A DNA stretch of 64,000 nucleotides from Sminthopsis crassicaudata (taxonomy: Eukaryota): positions 488,292,958-488,356,957 of the forward strand of contig NC_133617.1 in assembly GCF_048593235.1 (NCBI RefSeq), given 5' to 3'. Of this stretch, positions 13,386 to 24,712 are shown piece after piece. How positions within the stretch are numbered: position 1 is the stretch's first letter; each line of letters opens with the position of its first letter. Under the pieces are notes generated by a model, which worked only from the letters and a program-made list of their open reading frames with translations, had not been told where the DNA came from and did not search any database. Position numbers and translations under genes: made by a program.

Positions 13386-13399
13386 CCCCCACCCCTCCG

Positions 13400-14280
13400 A
13401 GGCCGGCCGAGGCTGAGCTCCTCCCCACCCCCTCCCCGTCCAGCTCCTCTTCCCGTGGCGCAGCTTCGAGAGTGAATCGGTTAATACCACCGAGTTCGGG
13501 CCACCACTCGGCGCCTAGAAGGGCTTCTCGACTGGCGGAAGGCCATTTCCGGACCCCTCCCTCCACTGGGCTTGATCGCATCCTTAACTACTCAACTCAA
13601 GCTTCTGGCCGGGCTACTACCATCGAGACAGCCCTCCTCGTCCTTCTAGAGCGGCCCCATCGCAGAGAGGAGGCCGCTTCCGCTTCCCGTCCCCGCCCCC
13701 ACACCTGGCTCTCAGCCTCCCGGACGCCTGGGTCCCTAGTTCCGCCCGCTCCGTTCAGACCTCGGGGCCCCTGGGCCCTACAGGGCGGCCCGTTCTCCGA
13801 CTCCAGCTAGCCGGGGGCGGGGACCCGAAGAAGGACAACCCCCGTGGGGGGGCGGGGGGACCGAGGCGGCGGTATTGCCGGGGTCCGAGGGAGGACGCGA
13901 GGGAGCGCCCGAAGGCCAAGCCGAGGTGAGGGGGGTCCTGGGGGCAGGGCTGGAGGGGGGAGGCGCGGGGCGGGGCGGGGCGGGGCGGGGCGCGCCTCGC
14001 GCACTCGCCGCCCTCCCCGGCTAATACAGGATAAGCTTTCTGAAGTCCCTGTGAGGCTCGCGGGAGGACCCCGCTTCTCTGCCCTCGTGCGGGTGGCAGA
14101 CTGGCCACCTGCGCTTAAGCGGGGAGCGGCCGGTGGTCGGAGGGGGCTCCGGGCGAGCGACCGCCCCTGGAGCGGAACTTTGGGCGACCAGAGAGTAAGG
14201 GGTCGTCCTGGACCCTGTACTCTGTCTGGTCCGGGGGCTGGGGTGGGACTAGAGCCCTGCACAATGTAGTCGCACACTGG
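13400..14280 (+). promoter_or_regulatory. ZNF48: CpG-island promoter of ZNF48 with candidate non-coding first exons
   Basis: CpG-dense. ETS/YY1-like GGCGGAAG and GCCATTTCCGG at 13534..13552, (GGGGC)5 at 13967..13991, and donor-like AG|GTGAGG at 13926 and GA|GTAAGG at 14195. Confidence 0.75.
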
Positions 14281-15881
14281 GACATGAGGTTAGACAAGAC
14301 CCAGGACTGGTCACCTTTTTGTTGTTGTTGTTGTTGCCAGCGTTTAGCACTGTCTGGTAATATAGTAGGTACTTAATAAATGCTTTTTATCTGACGAGAT
14401 TCAGGGCTCTTTACCTTTCCCCCCCCCCCCCCCTTTTATCCCATCGCTTATTACAGTGCCTATTATGTAGCAGTGGTTTAGTAAATACTTGTTGACTTGG
14501 AGTTGAAGGGGAGGTTTTTAACCTTTTTTTTTTTTTTTTTTTTTTTAAGGGGGGGAAGGGTGCAGAAATAACACGGTGCCTGGCACATGTTTGGCCCACA
14601 ATAAATGCTTGTTGGCTTGAGATTGGACTAGATCCAGGGTTTTTTAATCTTTTTCGTGTGTGTGCTGCCAACACTTAGCACAGCGCTTGGCATACGTAGG
14701 TAACTCCTGGCTTTTTTATTTTTAATTTTTTTTGTTTCCAAATATAGAGAGCTAAGAAAAAACCTCACTTTTAATCTCTCAAAATTGAAAACTTTAATTT
14801 CTAAATTTGTATAATAGCAGAATTAGTTATTGGAATTCTTGATTTGTGGCAGCTCGAGAAATGTCCAAGATACTATTTTTTTAGTGGTCACTACTTCAGT
14901 CGTATGGATGAAGTCACTTTGTTTTGTTACTACAAAATTTGTAAGAAGTTAAAAAAATAAAAAGTTGGTTTTTGAGGGGAATTTCTAATTCCAGAATTTA
15001 CTTTTTAAAATCTTAAGTGAACAGAATCTTAGCAATCTGTTAATTCAACTTGTCTATTTTTTAAACAATGAAATTGAAGAGTACGGAACCAACAGCCAAG
15101 TCCAGATGGGAATAAAAATAACAGCTCACATTTCAAGAGAGCTTTCACCCGGTCTTTCCTCACAACTACTCTGTGAGCTTGATTATGAATTATTATGTAA
15201 GGATTCTGCATGAACCCCTTTCCATTTTTTATGGTTGATAGCTAATTTCTTAAGATTATGTCCAAATTATTCTGTCTTGTTTGTCTGTATTTTGACCAGA
15301 CTCCATCAGCTTTTTATTCCCGTCATTAGCATGGTACCTGTCACATAGTAGGTGTTTAATAAATGTTTATTGACTCATCTCCATTTCACAAATGAAGGCA
15401 GAGTGAGGCTCAGAGTTAAAAATGATTTGTTCAAGGTCACACAGTAAAGGAGAATGATTTTAAATGCATAAAATAAATTTTATTTTCAAAGAAGAAAAAT
15501 TGTAATGAGTTTTCAAAATACATATTTTTTAAAGTTCACAGAACTCTTGGATTAGATCTCTAACTCCAAATTCTCTCATCCTAAATAATTTAAACCCTCT
15601 GATTCTCCATTTCTTATCTTTAAAATGTAGGTCAATAATATGTGCACAAACCACCTCATGCTACAGTTTTGAGGAAAATGCTTTGTAAATCTTAAAATAT
15701 AATATAAAAATGAGTTAGATATCTTAAAATACTTGGTAAACACAATTGTTACTGTGGAAGAAAAATTATTTGTTTAAGCTTAGTAGAAAGTAGCAGAAGA
15801 AATTCGTCAGGTTGTATGGCCCTTAAGGAGTGTTGGGTTTTTGTTTTTTTTTCCTTAACTTTCCAGGATATCCTCCCTGGG

Positions 15882-15960
15882 ATGGAGCAAGGGGCTGAGC
15901 CATGGGATCCAGTTCTTCAAGGCTCAGAGGAGAGGGAGCTCCTCAGAAGCACCCAAACAG
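15882..15960 (+). CDS. ZNF48: ZNF48 first coding exon (MEQGAEPWDPVLQGSEERELLRSTQT/G)
   Basis: Acceptor ttccag at 15866, ATG at 15882 in good Kozak context, donor CAG|GTGAAG at 15961, phase 1 matching the next exon. Resembles the human N-terminus MERAVEPWGPDLHRPEEREPQRGARTG. Confidence 0.88.
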
Positions 15961-16626
15961 GTGAAGGTAACGTGGCATCTAATGACTTTGTCAGACATTG
16001 AATACAAAAAGATGTATGATTAGGCTCCTCCCTTAAATAACTTAGTCTAGTTGAGATGGTGGAATATACTGGAAAAAAATTAACCCCTAACAACCTCTCA
16101 TGCTGAAAATCTAATGTGATGCCTCATCACAAGGGTTTTGGAAAACAATGCTGGTAGAGCATCAGTTCTGACAGGTCCTTAGAAACCAGAAATCTTTCAC
16201 TAGCTGTGAGGAAATTGTTTTAGAAATCTTAAAATCCTAAATATATTTATAATAATAGTGTTAGTTGTATATTATAGACTTGGTGACATGGATAGCTGCT
16301 ATCAGAAAATCATACAAGAGAAACTCATCAGATTGACTACCAGATGATGGATTTTTTTCAGCTATTCCAACAGATGAAAACTGTTTAGTGAGGTATAGAG
16401 AGGGAGATTGTGATCTGCCTCATTGGAGGGCTGTATACACACACACACAAGAGTGAACCAAGTGTTTAGTGTCAGGTGAGTAGCTTTTACCTCTGGAAAG
16501 TCAAGAGAAAGAGGAAAGATCATTCATGTTTGTCTGAACAAGGCATCTTCCTAGAGGAGATGAATATGTAGCAGAGAGGCTGGAGGCTAAGGGGCAGCAT
16601 CTGCAATTCCCCCTTTTTCTTGACAG

Positions 16627-18428
16627 GTATGGGAAATGAGAATGAAGATCACCCTCAGCACCATGGTCTGGATTTTGAGGATGACCCTCAACAGGTATCT
16701 GGCCTGGATTTCAAGGAAACTCGAGATGTGGCTTCAGGTCGGGATGCTGGAGATAGCACCATCAAATTAGAACCAGAAGAGACCTGGGAAGATATATGGG
16801 CAAGTGCAGACCAAGGGAAACCCCGTCCTCGAGTTCCCAGACCTCTTTCAGAAACACGGAGGGCACAGGTTGGGGAGAGGGCACCTGTGTGTGGCGAGTG
16901 TGGTAAAAGCTTCCGACAAATGTCAGACCTGGTGAAACACCAGCGCACACATACTGGGGAGAAACCCTACAAGTGTGGTGTATGTGGTAAAGGTTTTGGG
17001 GACAGTTCAGCACGCATCAAGCACCAGCGAACACATAGTGGTGAGAAGCCATACCGGCCCCGACCACCAGCTCCTGGCCCACCTCGGACTCCGAGACCTC
17101 GAATTCCTGCTGGTGAGCGCCCCACCATTTGTGGTGAATGTGGCAAGAGCTTTCGGCAGAGCTCAGACCTTGTGAAACATCAACGCACACACACAGGTGA
17201 GAAGCCATACAAATGTGCTGTCTGTGGCAAGGGCTTTGGGGACAGTTCAGCACGTATTAAGCATCAGCGGACACATAGGGGTGAACGGCCTCCACGCACA
17301 GTTGCATCCCGTCGAGTGGCCCGGGCTGCTTCCGCCATCCCCCAGGGTTCAGCAGCTGGACCCAGGGACAAGCCCCACATGTGTCCAGAATGTGGGAAGC
17401 GCTTTGTGTTGAGCTGCAGCCTCCTGAGCCATCAACGCAGCCACTTGGGGCCAAAACCATTTGGTTGTGATGTGTGTGGAAAGGAGTTTGCTCGTGGATC
17501 AGACCTTGTAAAGCATCTGCGTGTGCACACGGGTGAAAAGCCCTACCTGTGTCCAGAGTGTGGCAAGGGTTTCGCTGATAGCTCAGCCCGTGTCAAGCAC
17601 CTTCGCACACACAGTGGGGAGCGGCCCCACGGATGCCCAGAGTGTGGCCGAACCTTTAGCCTTGGCTCTACGCTCTTGCGACATCGCCTCACCCACCTGG
17701 AACCACAGGCCTTTGGAGTTCATGGGTATCCTTTGGCTCCTCACAGCCCCAGCCCACCCCCCAGCTCAAGTCCTCCACTAGTTCCTCATGGTCCTAGTCC
17801 CCCACTTGTCCCACGTAGTCCTCCCCATCCTGGGGAGGGCCCCTTTGGCCTCCCTAGTCTGGAGCCAGAGCCAGAGGGCCCCCAGGTTGGAGAGCCACCC
17901 CCTCCAGCAGTGGACAAGCCCCACAAGTGTCCTGAGTGTGGGAAAGGATTTCGTCGAGGTTCAGACCTGGTAAAGCACCACCGTGTGCACACAGGTGAAA
18001 AACCGTATCTGTGTCCTGAGTGTGGGAAAGGCTTTGCCGACAGCTCAGCTCGTGTTAAGCACCTGCGCACCCACCGAGGTGAGCGGGCCCGCCCCGCTCC
18101 AACACCCCCAGCAGCCCTCCTTCGGCCCCACAACCCTCCTGGCCCAGCAGCTCCCACTCCCCGGCCTCGGGGCAGGCCACCTGGCACAAGCAGGACTCAT
18201 ACCTGTGGGTACTGTGGGAAAGAATTCCCCCGAAGCTCAGACCTGGTGAAGCATCGGCGTACTCACACAGGGGAGAAACCCTACAAGTGTGCAGAGTGTG
18301 GCAAGGGCTTTGGGGACAGCTCAGCCCGTATCAAGCACCAACGCGGGCACCTGGCACTACGGCCCTATGGAACAGGGCCCACCAGAGCTCGTGCCCCCAA
18401 GCCAGAGCTGGGGACTGGATTAGAGTGA
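16627..18428 (+). CDS. ZNF48: ZNF48 main exon: 12 C2H2 fingers and Pro-rich linkers, no KRAB; spliced product 626 aa
   Basis: Acceptor ttcttgacag|G at 16626 and an open frame to TGA at 18428. Diagnostic fingers ([30 protein letters not shown]) and the C-terminal TGLE match ZNF48. Synteny with ZNF771 and DCTPP1 agrees. Confidence 0.95.
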
Positions 18429-19118
18429 TGGAGCCAGAGAGATGGATCCAAAAAGGGGATGGGAGGGAATTTGCTGCCTGAGGTGGGGAGTAAGGGAAGT
18501 GATAATTACAGAATGGAAAAGGAGAGTCAGCAGGCAAAGAGCCAGAGAAGGGGGGGGTCAGGGAATGTGTGGGCCCCAGGTAGGGGTTCTTAAACCCCAA
18601 GATTCCCCAGTTCCCTGCTGGGGACATCAGAGTTCCTGTAACACTGCCAGTGTGGTCCTGTCTTCTATACCAGGTAGGGCTTTGACTTCTATTTCAGGGC
18701 TTTTCTCTGAACCAGTTAGCTGGGGGTAGAATTAGAATAGTATTCCAGTGAAGCCAGACAAATTCTCGAGTGGGCCAAAATGTTTGGCTCACCCACCCCA
18801 ACCAGCCACCTTGTAACTTCTTGACCTTAGATGAAAGGGGATCTGACAAAATCTACCAAATGTGTCCTGCTGCTGCTGGGTCTGTGGAGCTATTTTCATG
18901 TACTTCATGAATCGAAGCAGTTTTCAGTCCTCAGTTCCCCAGGACAGAAGAAAGGGCCAGGTGGCTGTGGGTGGAGAAAGCATACTGACACTAGAGGAGA
19001 GGCTTAGCAATGTGAATGAACCTTAAAGGAGTATTCTTCCCCTCCCCCCCCCCAAAAGAGGCTAGGTAGGCAATAAGGGATTTATCTCTGGAATCTCTGC
19101 TGACACTGTCTCATTTCC

Positions 19119-19124
19119 AATAAA
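19119..19124 (+). terminator. ZNF48: ZNF48 polyadenylation signal
   Basis: AATAAA about 690 nt after the stop, followed by a GU/U-rich element (ctgtcttttgtc...tgtgtgggtttttgtg). Confidence 0.75.
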
Positions 19125-19779
19125 CTGTCTTTTGTCTTGAAACTGTGTGGGTTTTTGTGCTAGGATTGAAGGGGTGGGGGAAGAGACAGAAAATAGGTTA
19201 CAGCATGAAGCATCTATGACTTGTCACCTTTGGAATTGCTGGAGGTGCAAAGAGAATCTGTCCCTGGTTTCCAATAGCACCCATTCTTTAGAAGACAGCA
19301 TGTAGACAGTGCAAACACATTCAGGCCTCAAGGACATAAATGCTGGCTGTTTTCAAGATAAGGTGCAGAGGATCCAAAAACTGTCAACTTTTGCCTTTGG
19401 GGATCATACATTGTACTGAAAATTACATTTACCCAGATGAGTATGGAAGCAAGCCTGAATGTAGTGGATTAAAAAAATGTTAAGATTTGGGCTCAACTCC
19501 TAACTCCATCATCCTAGCTATGGTTAGGGGAAAATCACTTAGCTGCTCTGAGCTCCGATCTTCTGCATAAAAAGCTTAGGCTTGGGGACATGAAGTTTTC
19601 CAGGCTTCCTTCAAATACCCAATAATACTCCATCTTATACAGAAAACCTATCCCAACTCCTGCTCCCAATTCTAATGCCCTTCTCTGCTAATTCAACTTG
19701 TATATAGCTCGTTTGCAGCTCCGTTTGATTTAGACACAAGACTCAAGAACTTTTTAGTTTCTTTTTGTACCCAACAGCT

Positions 19780-20640
19780 TAGCTTATTGGTTAGGAGATT
19801 GCCGGCTTTGCCATTGTAGCGTCTGCCAGTCTCTTTAGAACCCCTCTGGAGTTCGTGGATATTTGAGGTGAGACCACTGTAACTGTCTGGGCAAAACATC
19901 CACTGGAAAGCCCTCTCCTTTCCCCCAGGCACGGAGCTGCGGGCAGGAACAAAATGGAACAATCATTTTCTGCTGGGCTCTCCTTGCCTCCTTTCCACGC
20001 CCTGGCAACGAAGAGAACGGGGCCGAGTCTCAAGTCTGTCCCCCAAATTAAATATGCCAGGAGCAAAAACCGAGAAGCTCCCAAGTCTTGGGGGCCATGT
20101 TTTTGGTTCCAAGTCCGCAAACCTGACCACCTCCTAAAGAGGAGCCTACCCAGAATCGCACAAAGTACTGGAGAAGCAAGATACCCTGTTCACTTTTGTG
20201 GTGTTCGTGGGTCGTTCAGGAAAGAAGGAAATTTGTTGGACTAAAAGGGAAAAGCCTCAACCAATGAGGTTCGAACTCGGGCTGTTTGGCAGGCTGTGAG
20301 CCACTAAGTCATCGGGACGGAAATGGTTCTTTGTCCCGCCTCTATCGAGCTTCCAACCAGTCACTGTGCTTAACTTGCTCTTCTTCCTCCTACCTTCTAC
20401 CCCTTTGGCTGGGGCTGCTGTCTTCCTCCCAGTCTCTCCAGCAGTCAGGAGGACGGTGGGACTGGATTGGTCAACTCATCCTACGAAGAAACCAATCAGA
20501 TCCAACGTATGAGCAAAGGTGCTTGGCCATGGATAAAGCACAGACTACATTTCCCACAATCCCCAAACACCTAGCCCACTTCCGACTTCTGGCTCGATTT
20601 AGCTTGGGGATGACAAAGGGCCAGTCTCCAGGTCTTGGGC
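19780..20640. promoter_or_regulatory. Orphan promoter-like element (ZNF143, CCAAT and ETS/YY1 motifs; raised CpG)
   Basis: ACTACATTTCCCACAATCC at 20544..20562, TACCCAGAATCGCA at 20147..20160, CCAAT at 20261 and 20492, ATTGG at 20466, CGGAAATGG at 20318..20326, CACTTCCG at 20578..20585. Confidence 0.6.
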
Positions 20641-20704
20641 AACTACTTTCCCTTTAAATAGTGGGGGTCATTTGGGTTTCCTGCTCTTTGAAAGCCAAAA
20701 AACA

Positions 20705-21050
20705 GAGCAGCTTGGTATAGTGGAAAGTGAATCAGAAGTCGATCCTCGTCCCAGCTCCAATAAACTAAATGAGCTGAGCGTCATTGTAACAATAGGTAAC
20801 ATTTATATGGCACCTACTATGCACCTCCCACTGTGTTGAGCAATTTACAATTATGATTTCATTTTACGTTTTATCCTCAGAATAACTCTGGGAGTTAGGT
20901 GCTATTATTATCCTTATTTTACAGAAGAGGAAATTGAGAGAAACATTTGTTAAGTGACTTGCCCAAGGTCAAACAGGTAATACGTGTGTGAGGTCAAATC
21001 TGAACTCCGATTTTCCTGTTTCTAGACTGAAGACTATTCATTGTGTAGGG
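20705..21050. mobile_element. MIR-type SINE fragments (both orientations)
   Basis: MIR core motifs (ttttacagaagaggaaattgag, ttgcccaaggtca). Confidence 0.7.
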
Positions 21051-21162
21051 TTTTTTTTTTCTTCCAAAGTGAGAAAATTGCACTAGAATGCACTTCTAGT
21101 TTTGAGATTTTATGATGCGATGATTGTAAGAATCAAGTGAAATAAGATTTATGTCAAGTATA

Positions 21163-21802
21163 TGATGCTGTTGTGGTCCCTTTAAGACTAATCCTTTCAG
21201 ATTGATTTATTCCTTTCTGATTCCCAGCCCCTATTAGCTGATCAATTCAAGAAGCTAGGACTTTTGATTCACAAATCCTGGTCAAAAGCACCCTTTGAAT
21301 TCCAATAGGAGATGTGGGCTGTCCCAGCCCCCATTCTAATGATCTGCTTGGGTTTCCCAATCCCCACCAAGCAAATTCTAGCCCTCACTGAAACCCCGCC
21401 AGGAGCCAACCTGGGACTCTATGCACAGGCCCCTTTAGCTAAATCTTATAAAAGAGCCAAACTGGAGTCTCTTTGCAGGGGGTCAAAACATGCCAACTCT
21501 CTGTCCACTGGAACCCTGGTTCCGGTGCCCTCTTCTCTTTACCTAACACCTTTTACTAACTAGACTTTAACTTTACTTCCAAACCCCATAATAAACCTCT
21601 TATCAATCTAGGTTTTTGGGTCTGTAAATTCCTTTACAGAGGACTCTTACTTCACTACTAGACCTCATTTAACTCTGTATCCTTGCGCCAAATCCAAAGG
21701 GGTTGCAGGGGAGCTCCATTTGATTCCCTGCACCTGGAACCTGCCATTAGATCTCAATTAAACCCTAATTTCATTTAAGTACCCCTTATCTAGACCTCAT
21801 CA
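21163..21802 (+). mobile_element. Intact solo LTR, 640 bp
   Basis: Perfect TGATG...CATCA termini, 5-bp TSD GTATA (21158..21162 and 21803..21807), and AATAAA near 21590. Confidence 0.85.
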
Positions 21803-21978
21803 GTATATTCATTGGTTAGTTGATTGTTACCCTACTTTCTGCTCCCACCACAGTTCCCTTGCTCTTAGCATGGCATCTACTAACTCATTCCTTTCTATTC
21901 CATCTTAATACATAGTAAACTGCAGAGTACATGTGCCAGTATTTGTTTTGTTTTATTTTTTAAAATTTATTTTGTTCC

Positions 21979-22127
21979 TTTTTTTTTTGCTGAGGCAAGT
22001 GGGGCTAAATGACTTGCCTAAGGTAACAAAACTAGTAAGTGTTAAGTGTCTGAGGCTGAATTTGAATTCAGGTTCTCCTGACTTCAGGGCTGGTGCTCTC
22101 TCTATCCATTGTGCCATCTAGCTGCTC
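21979..22127 (-). mobile_element. WSINE1-like SINE
   Basis: Poly-T followed by the reverse complement of the SINE body, ending in ...tctagctgctc. Confidence 0.85.
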
Positions 22128-22528
22128 TTAAATTTATTTTTAAAGATTTCCAGGTAACCTTTGTTGTTGTTATTTTAATGGCACAATAATTTTTTTATGA
22201 TCACCTGTTACCTCTAGAAGGAAATATAAACTACTCTACTTAACATTTTAAAGGCCTTCACAAACTGATTCTCGCTTGCCTTTTCACCCTCCAGATTATT
22301 TTTTTCTTTCTAACATCTTGCTGTTCCTCACTAAAATTATTCTATTGCCTTCTCTGAGACTTTACATAGGTCACCCCCCCAGCCTAATTTACATTTGTTC
22401 CTCACCTTTGCCTCTTAGAATCTCTATTATCCCTCAAAACTCAGTGTAAGTACCACTTTACATATTAGATTTTTCCATGGTTTTCCTATAGACTAATGCT
22501 TTCTTCCTACGAAATTATCCTTCAGCAT

Positions 22529-23839
22529 TGTTAAAAATATACTCTTGACATTGAAAATCAGATATTTAGGAAAATTTATTAAAGAAGAATCTTCAGGAAT
22601 TCTCTTAACATTAGGCCTCCCTCTCTTTAGGAAGAAGGAGTGCTGAGCACAGAAGTGGGAGAAACTTTATACTTGCTAGTTTGATACAATCCCTCCCTTC
22701 AGAGAATGGATTGGTCCATTCCTTTTCGGGTTACAATCTTTCTGATACATCCACTATATGTTTCCCCCAAATATGTATAAACATGTTTCCCTCTCCCTTG
22801 TGATACATCCCATATTTAAAAATGGTGGAGTACTCCTACAGGGTGTGTTGTTTAATATTTAAGCAGGAGTGATTTGGTCAAGTCAGGTCATTGACTCCAA
22901 TTAGTTTGGGATGAATTGGCTATTATCTTTTTTTTTTTTTTTTAATTTTTTTATTATAGTTTTTATTTACCAGATATATGCATGAGTAATTTTACAGCAT
23001 TGACAATTGCCAAACCTTTTGTTCCAGTTTTTCCCCTCTTTCCCCTCACCCCCTCCCACAGATGGCAGGTTAACCAAAACATGTTAAATATGTTAAAGTA
23101 TAAATTAAATACAATATATGTTTACGTGTCCAAACAGTTCTTTTGCTGTACAAAAAGAATCGGACTTTGAAATAGTGTACAATTAGCCTGTGAAAGAAAT
23201 AAAAAATGCAGGAGGACAAAAATAGAAGGATTGGGAATTCTATGTAGTGGTTCGTAGTCATCTCCCAGAGTTCTTTTCAATGGGTGTAGCTGGTTCAGTT
23301 CATTACTGCTCTATTAGAACTGATTTGGTTCATCTCATTGTTGAAGAGGACCACATCCATCAGAATTGATCATCATACAGTATTGTTGTTGAAGTATAAA
23401 ATGATTTCCTGGTGCTGCTCATTTCACTCAGCATCAGTTCATGGAAGTCTCTCCAGGCCTTTCTGAAATCATCCTGCTGATCATTTCTTACAGAACAATA
23501 ATATTATATAATATTTATATACCATAATTTATTCAGCCATTCTCCAATTGATTGGCATTCACTCAGTTTCCAATTTCTGGCCACTACAAAGAGGGCTAGA
23601 TGAATTGGCTATTATCTTAAGTTTGAGGTTTTCTCAAAACCACAAGACTCCTGATTGGCTGAGTCCACCTGTGTCTTCCTAGCTCTCCAATTCCTCCTTT
23701 GCTCTAGGCTTCTATCCATACTTAATTGTTCTGTGGAATCCTTCTTAACCTCTCACATTCTGAAAACTTCCTTGGTCAGTGGTACCCACTATCACACACT
23801 ACCTCAAAGTTTGCAACACTACAGAAGCCCAACTTTTCA
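22529..23839 (-). mobile_element. Solo LTR interrupted by an L1
   Basis: TG...CA ends with 4-bp TSD GCAT (22525..22528 and 23840..23843). TTTATT near 22577. The sequence is continuous across the L1 insert. Confidence 0.6.
22930..23598 (-). mobile_element. Young 5'-truncated L1 (3'UTR and ORF2 tip)
   Basis: Poly-T and a marsupial L1 3' end, with a perfect 20-bp TSD gatgaattggctattatctt (22910..22929 and 23599..23618). The target reads TT/AAGA on the minus strand. Confidence 0.92.
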
Positions 23840-24081
23840 GCATTTCTCACATTATGGAACTGGTGGGTTGTACTAATGAAGCAAAATCCCCTTGATCAAT
23901 CCCCTTTACATAAACAAAACTTGACTTCATTTAGAGTTAGAAGGAAATTTCAGAGATTATCTAATCTAAAGACTCTTATTTTATAGATGAGGAAATGGAA
24001 TCCTGAAAGATGAATTATTTTGCATTTGTTTTTATTTCTGTATTTTCAGCAATTCCCACAGTGCCTGGCACATAGTGAAAG

Positions 24082-24712
24082 TGATGTAGCCCTTGGAAAG
24101 AATGTAGCAATAACTCTAAGGCCACCTGACCTTGGGAGTAACATAGTTAGAAATGATATATTTCTTCCCCTAGGCTATACTACCCTAGTTTACTCTATAT
24201 GACCATGATGCAAAGACCACAAATATTGCTAACTGTCAGATAACATTTTGTTGGTCAGTGATAAGTTTCTGAAACTCATGAGCAACAATAATGAAGTATT
24301 TAAAATTAACTCAGGACCATAAAATTGAGCACAAAAGTTAACTCAGAATAAAATTGAATGTCCACCAGTTTGACTTAGCGATGCTTCAGACCTAAAAACA
24401 CTGGAAGATTTCCACCCCACCCCCCACTAGTTCTGACATGGGTGCTGCATCTGTGCACTAAGTCAGAACCAGACCATTCCTCAACTTCACCTCTAAGACA
24501 TCTTGTCCTCTCACTTTTCCCCATAAATTTATTTTATTGTTCCTGGTTCTTTGCTAGCTTCTTTTGGAATTTAGTCCACTCTAGTTGCCATTAGGATTAT
24601 GATAAATTTTGCCCCTTCATTTGGAGATGGGTCCGAGGCTGCAAATTCTTTTGAGATACCTCATGATACTGGTCTGGAATCCCAATTTTTGGGTCCCTCT
24701 TGATTCTCAATA
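24082..24712 (+). mobile_element. Solo LTR, family A (diverged, longer variant)
   Basis: Starts TGATG and ends CTCAATA, shares the tgctaactgtcaga block with the other copies, and splits an L2 tail (ggcacatagt...ttaataaatgct). Flanks are AAAG and AAAT. Confidence 0.6.

Noticed and set aside
12515-13810. 431-aa plus-strand ORF
   Set aside because: It starts at GTG and is Ser/Leu/Pro-rich because of the CT tract, the (CCTAC)n repeat and the CpG island. It has no domain-like content.
13755-14297. Several overlapping 117-156-aa ORFs on both strands
   Set aside because: Stop-poor GC-rich promoter sequence giving Arg/Gly/Pro low complexity.
16060-16420. Possible intronic snoRNA in the ZNF48 intron (ATGATG motif)
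   Set aside because: No convincing box C/D pair with a terminal stem, and no H/ACA hairpins.
16688-18627. Alternative-frame and antisense ORFs over ZNF48
   Set aside because: Shadow ORFs produced by zinc-finger codon periodicity and high GC.
20268-20278. tRNA B-box-like GGTTCGAACTC as a tRNA gene
   Set aside because: No A box at a suitable spacing and no cloverleaf could be folded by eye.
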